From a virus (Duplodnaviria > Caudoviricetes), in the IMG/VR virus record IMGVR_UViG_3300042569_000831, positions 2,008 to 66,007 of that record: a stretch of DNA of 64,000 nucleotides. One strand, 5' to 3'. Positions 57,219-64,000 of the stretch are shown piece by piece. Every line of letters begins with the position of its first letter. Within the stretch, counting starts at the first letter, position 1. The notes under the pieces were generated by a model that was not told where the DNA came from, did not search any database, and was given only the letters and a program-made list of their open reading frames with translations. The translations under genes were made by a program, and so were the position numbers.

Positions 57219-60065
57219 ATGGCATTTGCGTATTCAGCAGCAGTAGCAGGAGTAGGAACAGTAAGTTGTGCAGGAACTACAACCGTAACAGGTTCGGGTA
57301 CTGCATTTGCCATTGGGCTTGGCGGTGCAGCAGGTACTAACCAAGCAAGAGTAGGCGGAACGATTACCGTTGGCGGAGTTACTAAAACTATTGTAGCTAT
57401 TGCATCAGCAACTTCATTAACCGTAGATACTGCATTTGGTACTTTTACAGGGCAAGCCTTTACGGTTCAAACTGAAATTATCCAAACCGGAACAGATACA
57501 ATGAATCTTTCATTAGGTGCCGCAACAGGTATATTAATTACCAATAGAGCAGACCTCCAAAGAACATTTGATGTAAGAGGTTGCGATTTTACTATTAACG
57601 GAATTTTAACAGTAGACAGTACCGTTGCTCAATTACGAAACGATGGAAGTTGTACTAATAGATTTACGGTTAATGGTTCTGTAAGTGGTGGCGAAGTTAT
57701 ATTTAATGGTAGAATAGCGGCTGCCGCAAATGCCCCATTCCCGTATGTAGGATTTGATTGGTTGGGTCAGAATGGGCAAAAGATAATTAAATTAGCGAGT
57801 ACCAACGCTACTTACCCGGCAAAATTCACAATGATTAACGCTGCTGTAAGATTTGGTTCTGATTGGTTAACAACCGATTCGGGTAACTTCTCAAGAATTA
57901 CAACGCAAGGAAATGAATGTTGGATACTTTGTGCAAGAGGTACAGGTACTTCACAAGCACGTTTAAGACAAGACAATACAACCGCTTCAATAGATTTCCA
58001 AGCCGGTCAAACATGGGTAGGGGTATGGCTAAACTTTGGAGTACCTCAATTAAGTTTGAAAGGGTACACTCCAATTAACACAGATGGACCCGAAATTAAC
58101 CTTGCATCAGTTCCGGTAGCTTCATTGATTACAATTGATAATTATAACACAACCCACGTAGTAGCGAACTATTATGCAGGGGTTCAAATAGTTTTATTAG
58201 GTTCTGCATGGACAAGGTTAAAAAACAACTTATTAGGCACTAACATTGCTTGGCGTAGTTCAAGTTCTTCGGGTGGCAGACATAACGTAATTGAGTTCTC
58301 AAAGCAAATTACTATTAAAGTTCAAGATACAGCAGGTAATTTATTGAGCGATGGATATATGTACTATCAGCCCGTTGGTAGTAACGTAGCGGGGGTACGT
58401 GGTAAAGCAATGACTACTGATATTACTTTTGATTTATCCCAACAAAATATTGCAACAGTAGCAGGTGTAGCAACAAGTGAGTTCCGTTTTGCATGGGGCT
58501 TCACAACAGCAACAACAAACCTTAGTACATACGCTTACTTTTGTACAGGGCAAACAAAAGGGGCTGAAACGCATTTGGTTGGTTCGAGCCGTTACGGATA
58601 CGATAAGCAATACATTACAGTAGGATTAGCAGGTAACAACGATGCGACCCCAACTTATGTACATACTTCATTACCAACCTCAAGTAAAGTAATTGCAACG
58701 GCGGCGGCTATTAGTGGTATTGCATTTAACTTTACTACCAAGGTAATGAGTATTACAGGTAATTTAACTTATCAGCAGATTTATGATGCTTATCAATACG
58801 CTCTAAATGTAACCGCAAACTTATTTCAAGCTGATAACTGTTTGACTGCAAATTCAACTTCAAACTATGTAGGTTGGACTATTAATGTAGCAACAGGAGT
58901 TACAATTTCAGCAGGTAGCGGTAACTTCACTAAACTACAAGCACAAACAATAACCTTAACAGGAACGGCTCAAATTACAGGTATCTACCAAGACAGTACC
59001 GGCACTTCAACCGTATTACAAATAAGCGGCTTCGATGCAGGCAGCGCGGTATTTGTAGAAGATAATTTATTCGTACAAAAGTTTTATTCAGCATCAGCAA
59101 GCGGTACGGTTACGGTTTACATTCCACCAACGGGGACGGGCAGTTGGTACTATGCAGTTGAAAAGTATGGTATTCAGAGACAATCTGATTTCTTTACTTT
59201 TAGCGGAGGGTTAAAATCAATAGTAGTAAAAGCAATACCTGATACCGGAATTACAGTAAGCAACAGCGCAACAGTAGCGGCTTATGCGGCATTAGAAAAC
59301 CCGGATAAGATATACGACTACGTGGCTTATCTACGTTTATCGGTACCGCACATTAGTTATGGGCAGATAGTATTTAAAGATGGTACAAGCCTTGACTTGC
59401 AAGATGCATCAATGTTGGTTAATCAATCGTTCGGGAGTGTTGCGAGTTTTGATTACGATACCAAGTTGCTTACTGTTAAATCTTTGATTCTTGAAACAGG
59501 AGTTTCTTATAATAAAATAGTAGCCGACCCGCCTGCAACGGTTACAGCAAATACAAATGAGATTATTACAATTCTTATTGAAGATGCTAATGGAGACTCA
59601 AAGCTTTCTATATTGGGAGGTGATAATTTAGGTTATGAATTATGGAAGGTTACTACTGCTACTGCAACTGACGACTATGCGACAGGAACTTTACTTACTA
59701 CATTAGCTGATAATACATTGTCTTATAGATTCATAGGAATAAGTGGTTTTGATATAGTTGGAAGAGATGTCAGTTCGGGGGTTCGTAGAAGAAGTTCAAT
59801 GCTTAAGGGTACTTATGAACAAGCGTTTTACGTAGGTACACAAATTCAACTTGCAACGGATGCACCTCAATTAATTGAGAATAATCAAAAGTTAGATGAA
59901 TTAATTTTAAAGACTGATACTAATTTAGATGTAAAGGTTAGCACAAGAGCAACGCTTGCTCAAATAGAAAGCAGTACTGTGATTGGCAAAAAGGAAGACC
60001 TAGTAATTATTAACAACGGAGTTAAAAAAGCAAGTAAATTCATTCCACATAACACAAATATATAA
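57219..60065 (+). CDS. tail spike/fibre-associated protein
   Basis: 948 aa, Thr/Gly/Ala-rich beta structure, located in the tail operon. Confidence 0.6.
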   Translation: MAFAYSAAVAGVGTVSCAGTTTVTGSGTAFAIGLGGAAGTNQARVGGTITVGGVTKTIVAIASATSLTVDTAFGTFTGQAFTVQTEIIQTGTDTMNLSLGAATGILITNRADLQRTFDVRGCDFTINGILTVDSTVAQLRNDGSCTNRFTVNGSVSGGEVIFNGRIAAAANAPFPYVGFDWLGQNGQKIIKLASTNATYPAKFTMINAAVRFGSDWLTTDSGNFSRITTQGNECWILCARGTGTSQARLRQDNTTASIDFQAGQTWVGVWLNFGVPQLSLKGYTPINTDGPEINLASVPVASLITIDNYNTTHVVANYYAGVQIVLLGSAWTRLKNNLLGTNIAWRSSSSSGGRHNVIEFSKQITIKVQDTAGNLLSDGYMYYQPVGSNVAGVRGKAMTTDITFDLSQQNIATVAGVATSEFRFAWGFTTATTNLSTYAYFCTGQTKGAETHLVGSSRYGYDKQYITVGLAGNNDATPTYVHTSLPTSSKVIATAAAISGIAFNFTTKVMSITGNLTYQQIYDAYQYALNVTANLFQADNCLTANSTSNYVGWTINVATGVTISAGSGNFTKLQAQTITLTGTAQITGIYQDSTGTSTVLQISGFDAGSAVFVEDNLFVQKFYSASASGTVTVYIPPTGTGSWYYAVEKYGIQRQSDFFTFSGGLKSIVVKAIPDTGITVSNSATVAAYAALENPDKIYDYVAYLRLSVPHISYGQIVFKDGTSLDLQDASMLVNQSFGSVASFDYDTKLLTVKSLILETGVSYNKIVADPPATVTANTNEIITILIEDANGDSKLSILGGDNLGYELWKVTTATATDDYATGTLLTTLADNTLSYRFIGISGFDIVGRDVSSGVRRRSSMLKGTYEQAFYVGTQIQLATDAPQLIENNQKLDELILKTDTNLDVKVSTRATLAQIESSTVIGKKEDLVIINNGVKKASKFIPHNTNI

Positions 60066-63000
60066 TGGGCAAAACAAGAAAGTTAGCGGATTTGGTAAAT
60101 GTAGTAGTCACAGATATGCAAAATAATGTGACATTACCTAAGGCATTAACTATTGGCGAAGTGCCGGCTATTGATGATGATAGCTTTAAGGTGCCCACTA
60201 CTAGTTGGGTAAATGACAAGTTAGTTGGATCTAACATACCGGCAGGTGGAACTACCGGGCAATTATTAGGCAAGCAGTCTAACACAAACTACGACTTTAC
60301 GTGGTTTGATCCATCTTCCCCTGCGTCATTTGCAAGTGTTTTAAAGCACACGGTAAAGGCAGGTGAGGCATTAACTAAGGGACAAGCGGTTTACGTTAGT
60401 AGTGCTGACGGTACGAATATTATTGTATCGAAAGCTTCTAATACTACCGAGCAGGCTAGTAGTAAGACGATGGGTTTGATTGCTCAGAACTTAGCTAATA
60501 ACGGAATAGGCGAGGTTGTTACCGAGGGATTGCTGGCCGGATTAAATACGAGTACTGCTTTGGCCGGTGATCCGGTTTGGTTAGGTGTTAATGGTAATTT
60601 AATTTTTGGTCTTACAAATAAACCATACGCTCCCAATCACTTGGTATTTATAGGTATAGTGACTAGGGTTAATACTAATAACGGAGAGATATTTGTTAAA
60701 GTTCAGAATGGATTTGAACTTCAAGAAATTCACAATGTAGATTTAAAGACTAATGCCCCTGTAAATGGGGAGTTGCTTGGATTTAACGGTGCGTTGTGGG
60801 TGAATAAAACAATTGCCGGTTGGTTGGGTTATACTCCTGCTAACGCTGCTGCGTATGTTCCGTACACGGGGGCTACTACTAATGTTAATTTAGGTTCTAA
60901 TAGCATTACAGCTAATTCGTTTATAAAATCGGGTGGTACTTCTTCTCAGTTTTTAAAGGCGGATGGCAGTGTTGATAGTTCTATTTATAGCACTACTACC
61001 GGGACGGTTACGAGTGTAGCTGCCTTAACGTTAGGCACTTCCGGAACCGATTTGTCTAGTACGGTTGCAACAGGAACTACTACTCCGGTAATTACATTGA
61101 ATGTACCTACGGCTTCTGCTACTAATAGAGGTGCGTTGAGTTCGGGGGATTGGATTTTATTTAACGGAAAGCAAGCTCAGTTAAATGGTACCGGATTTGT
61201 AAAGGCAAATGGCACTACAATTACTTACGACAATAGTTCTTATTTAACGTCTATATCAGGCATTACTGCCGGGGGTGAACTTTCAGGAACATACCCTAAC
61301 CCGACATTGGTTAACAGTGCTGTTACAGGCAAGTTATTGACCGGGGTTAATATTACCGGGGGAAGTATTGCTGCTACTGATAGCATATTGACCGCATTTG
61401 GCAAGGTTCAAAATCAAATTAATAGTTTAGTTGGCGGGGTTAACTACCAAGGTACTTGGAATGCTAGTACAAATTTGCCTGCGTTGACTAGTAGTGTTGG
61501 TACAAAGGGGTATTATTATGTTGTAACTACTGCCGGGACTACAAGTTTGAATGGTATTAATGATTGGAAGTTAGGTGATTGGGTTATTTTTAATGGTACA
61601 ACATGGGACAAGGTTGACAATACCGATTCGGTTATATCGGTTAATGGATTTACAGGGGCGGTTAGTTTAACTACTGATAATATTAGCGAAGGGTCTACAA
61701 ATTTATACTACACAAATGCGAGAGTTCGGGGGGCTATAGGTTTAACCACAAGTGGTAGTTCAGGTGTAGCTACTTATACTGCTTCAACAGGAGTTTTAAA
61801 TATCCCTACTTATACATTAGCAGGATTGGGTGGACAACCATTACTTACCAACCCAACCACAGGGACAGGTACTACCAACTATGTAACTAAGTGGACAGGA
61901 ACAAGTGCGTTGGGTAATAGTCAAATATTTGATAATGGTACTAATGTGGGGATAGGGACGGCTTCGCCAACCACTAAAACACAGATAACAACTAATTTAG
62001 GTGGAACTAATCCTTCAACATATACAGACGTATTAACAATAGGAGTTTCTAATGGACAAAATGAAACCGTAAAACCAAATATTGGAAGTTCATTAGTATT
62101 CAGAGGTATTGAATATTATAACCAAGAATTTGCACTAGCAAGAATAGCGGCACAAAAAACATTAGCAGATTGGAATGGGTTTTTGACATTTCATACTAAT
62201 CCCGGTAATCAAGATGGAACTACAACCGAACGCCTCCGTATCACCTCCGCAGGTAACGTAGGTATAGGAACTGCTTCACCTGCTGAAAAACTATCAGTTG
62301 CAGGAAATATATACCAAACAGGAGATACATATCGGATTAAAAATAATTCTTCAAATGTTTCATACATAAGAGCAGAAGAAAATACAACAACTGCTGCATA
62401 TACTTATGTTACTATGGATGGTAGGTCTACTGGTTATTATGCTATTAGCACTAACGACATTGAACGTATGCGTATAACCTCCACAGGCAACGTAGGTATA
62501 GGAACTGCAAGTCCAACAACAAAATTGCACGTTTTAGCAAATAGTGCAGCAGATGAGGGCAATGCAGCTGTAATTATAAGACAAGGAGGTGGTAATAATA
62601 ATAACGGATTATTAGTAGACGTTACAAATTCTGTTAATGCTTACATAGCTGATTTTAGACAAGCTAATTCGTCTTTAATGAGATTGACTGGCGCTGGGAA
62701 TTTAGGTATAGGAACTACTTCGCCTGCTGATAAATTAGAAGTAGCAGGTGTAGCAAGATTTACAGGTTCAGGAGGAAGAAGTGTTGTTGTAAATGGAACA
62801 AGCAATGGTAGAATAGATATTAATGGAGATGGCTCTACGTATGCCACAGGGATTTTATTTAATAGTCAACTTGGCGGTACAGCATTAAGTGGAATATGGA
62901 ATTTTGGCAGCGGAACAAGTCAGCAATGGTTAGCGTTGGGTGGTACTGCATACAACACTTCAGCAATGTACATATTGCCTTCAGGTAACGTAGGTATAGG

Positions 63001-63346
63001 TACTACATCGCCTACTTATAAATTAGATGTAAACGGAAATGTAAGAGTAACAGGAACAATGACAGCAACATTAGGAGGATTTAATTCCGATATTAATGAT
63101 AAGAAAGATTTGATTTACGGAGCTAAGAGTAACGTATTAGACTTGAACGCTGTATCATATTTAAGAAAATCTACCAATAATAAAGAGTACGGTTATATAG
63201 CACAAGATGTTAAGAAGGTGCTTCCCGAAGCGGTTTACGAAACTGTATCAGGGTTAGCGGTATCATACCACATGGTAAACGCAGCTAAGATACAGGCATT
63301 ACAAGAGGAGATAAAAGAATTAAAAGCTAAACTATTAAGTAAATGA
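60065..63346 (+). CDS. long tail fibre with C-terminal S74 chaperone domain
   Basis: Five GN(V/L)GIGT repeats, 'YQGTWNA...GDWVI', C-terminal 'SD...K...GYIAQDV...PEAV' and coiled coil. Confidence 0.9.
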   Translation: MGKTRKLADLVNVVVTDMQNNVTLPKALTIGEVPAIDDDSFKVPTTSWVNDKLVGSNIPAGGTTGQLLGKQSNTNYDFTWFDPSSPASFASVLKHTVKAGEALTKGQAVYVSSADGTNIIVSKASNTTEQASSKTMGLIAQNLANNGIGEVVTEGLLAGLNTSTALAGDPVWLGVNGNLIFGLTNKPYAPNHLVFIGIVTRVNTNNGEIFVKVQNGFELQEIHNVDLKTNAPVNGELLGFNGALWVNKTIAGWLGYTPANAAAYVPYTGATTNVNLGSNSITANSFIKSGGTSSQFLKADGSVDSSIYSTTTGTVTSVAALTLGTSGTDLSSTVATGTTTPVITLNVPTASATNRGALSSGDWILFNGKQAQLNGTGFVKANGTTITYDNSSYLTSISGITAGGELSGTYPNPTLVNSAVTGKLLTGVNITGGSIAATDSILTAFGKVQNQINSLVGGVNYQGTWNASTNLPALTSSVGTKGYYYVVTTAGTTSLNGINDWKLGDWVIFNGTTWDKVDNTDSVISVNGFTGAVSLTTDNISEGSTNLYYTNARVRGAIGLTTSGSSGVATYTASTGVLNIPTYTLAGLGGQPLLTNPTTGTGTTNYVTKWTGTSALGNSQIFDNGTNVGIGTASPTTKTQITTNLGGTNPSTYTDVLTIGVSNGQNETVKPNIGSSLVFRGIEYYNQEFALARIAAQKTLADWNGFLTFHTNPGNQDGTTTERLRITSAGNVGIGTASPAEKLSVAGNIYQTGDTYRIKNNSSNVSYIRAEENTTTAAYTYVTMDGRSTGYYAISTNDIERMRITSTGNVGIGTASPTTKLHVLANSAADEGNAAVIIRQGGGNNNNGLLVDVTNSVNAYIADFRQANSSLMRLTGAGNLGIGTTSPADKLEVAGVARFTGSGGRSVVVNGTSNGRIDINGDGSTYATGILFNSQLGGTALSGIWNFGSGTSQQWLALGGTAYNTSAMYILPSGNVGIGTTSPTYKLDVNGNVRVTGTMTATLGGFNSDINDKKDLIYGAKSNVLDLNAVSYLRKSTNNKEYGYIAQDVKKVLPEAVYETVSGLAVSYHMVNAAKIQALQEEIKELKAKLLSK

Positions 63347-63642
63347 GTTGGTCTACATTAGCAAGTAATCAGTTCGTCTGTTTTAACGATATGTCTGAAT
63401 CGGGCATACCATTAAACAGCGGACAATCCCATACCTACACGCAGCAATTTATTACCAAAGCGGAGGTGATAACTAAATACAATGTTAATACTTCTTATTT
63501 AGCTTCTTTTACTTCAAGCCAATGGATACCTAAAAGCGCATTAACAACAGGAGTGATAGCTTATTATTGGTGTATGGGATATTCAACAACGGCAGCTTCA
63601 TTAGCTTGTTCGGATGCAGCGGAGGGTTGTACATCACTTTAA
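63343..63642 (+). CDS. small tail-associated protein
   Basis: Coupled to the fibre gene. Confidence 0.55.
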   Translation: MSWSTLASNQFVCFNDMSESGIPLNSGQSHTYTQQFITKAEVITKYNVNTSYLASFTSSQWIPKSALTTGVIAYYWCMGYSTTAASLACSDAAEGCTSL

Positions 63643-63653
63643 ATTAAAAAATT

Positions 63654-64000
63654 ATGCCATCAATATTATGCACCTCTACCCCTACAATATCAGTAGGTAC
63701 GAGCATTTACACATCAGACACCCTCACTACATTAGTACCAACAGGCTATTACTCAACAGGAGGAAATAGTTATTATGTACTTAATGGTGTGGTTCAGAGT
63801 ATTGGAAGTTGTAGTCCAAGTAATTCAGGATACGTTAAAGTAGCTGCTTTTGGAGATTCATCAATATGTAGTTCATCGGTCGTTGCGTTACTTGTGTTTT
63901 TTAGTAATATATATATAGACATAGACGCAGCTTTAACAGGGGGAGCTACAATCTATACTGATTCTTTTCTTAGTAGCCCATTAACAGGATACGGTTGGAT
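63654..64000 (+). CDS. 3'-truncated tail-associated protein
   Basis: ATG with A-rich leader; frame reads open toward the window end; 'IYTSD.LT..VP.GYYS'. Confidence 0.55.
   Translation, partial: MPSILCTSTPTISVGTSIYTSDTLTTLVPTGYYSTGGNSYYVLNGVVQSIGSCSPSNSGYVKVAAFGDSSICSSSVVALLVFFSNIYIDIDAALTGGATIYTDSFLSSPLTGYGW

Noticed and set aside
1469-62847. Many antisense or shadow ORFs in the track (e.g. 10027-10350, 46800-47234, 51029-51436)
   Set aside because: They lie opposite well-supported genes, lack motifs and leaders, and are expected by chance
60065-63346. Diversity-generating retroelement target
   Set aside because: No reverse transcriptase and no template/variable repeat pair with adenine-specific differences in the window
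1-64000. Stop-codon reassignment as in some crAss-like phages
   Set aside because: Core genes are long and uninterrupted in the standard code, TAG and TGA end genes normally, and no suppressor tRNA was found

Overview
This window is most of a ~35% GC tailed-phage genome infecting Bacteroidota. The host assignment rests on TAnnTTTG/TTTG promoters and A-rich leaders without Shine-Dalgarno sites. The virion module has a crAss-related podovirus layout. The + strand arm (41.9-64 kb, continuing at 1-17.2 kb) encodes terminase, portal, scaffold, capsid, tail fibres, ring/nozzle proteins and ejected cargo, including a 2989-aa polyvalent protein. The - strand arm (17.2-40.3 kb) encodes early, replication and recombination genes: Sak/Rad52, YqaJ exonuclease, primase-helicase, dcd, thyX, a tyrosine integrase, a YadA-type autotransporter and tRNA-Met. 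Main observations: (1) An integron-cassette-like array at 19.3-22.5 kb, with a second locus at 32.6-33.0 kb. It has attC-like hairpins, cassette-specific matching ends, antisense genes and two Mom-like DNA-modification genes. (2) An early operon headed by a canonical type III hammerhead ribozyme and punctuated by seven covarying three-way-junction RNA elements. (3) A hugely over-represented dispersed 9-mer, GTTCGGGGG, and near-total avoidance of CCAG/CTGG. (4) Three aberrant tRNA-like RNAs. (5) A small gene overprinted inside the giant cargo gene. All product calls are from motif recognition by eye, and motif counts are manual.
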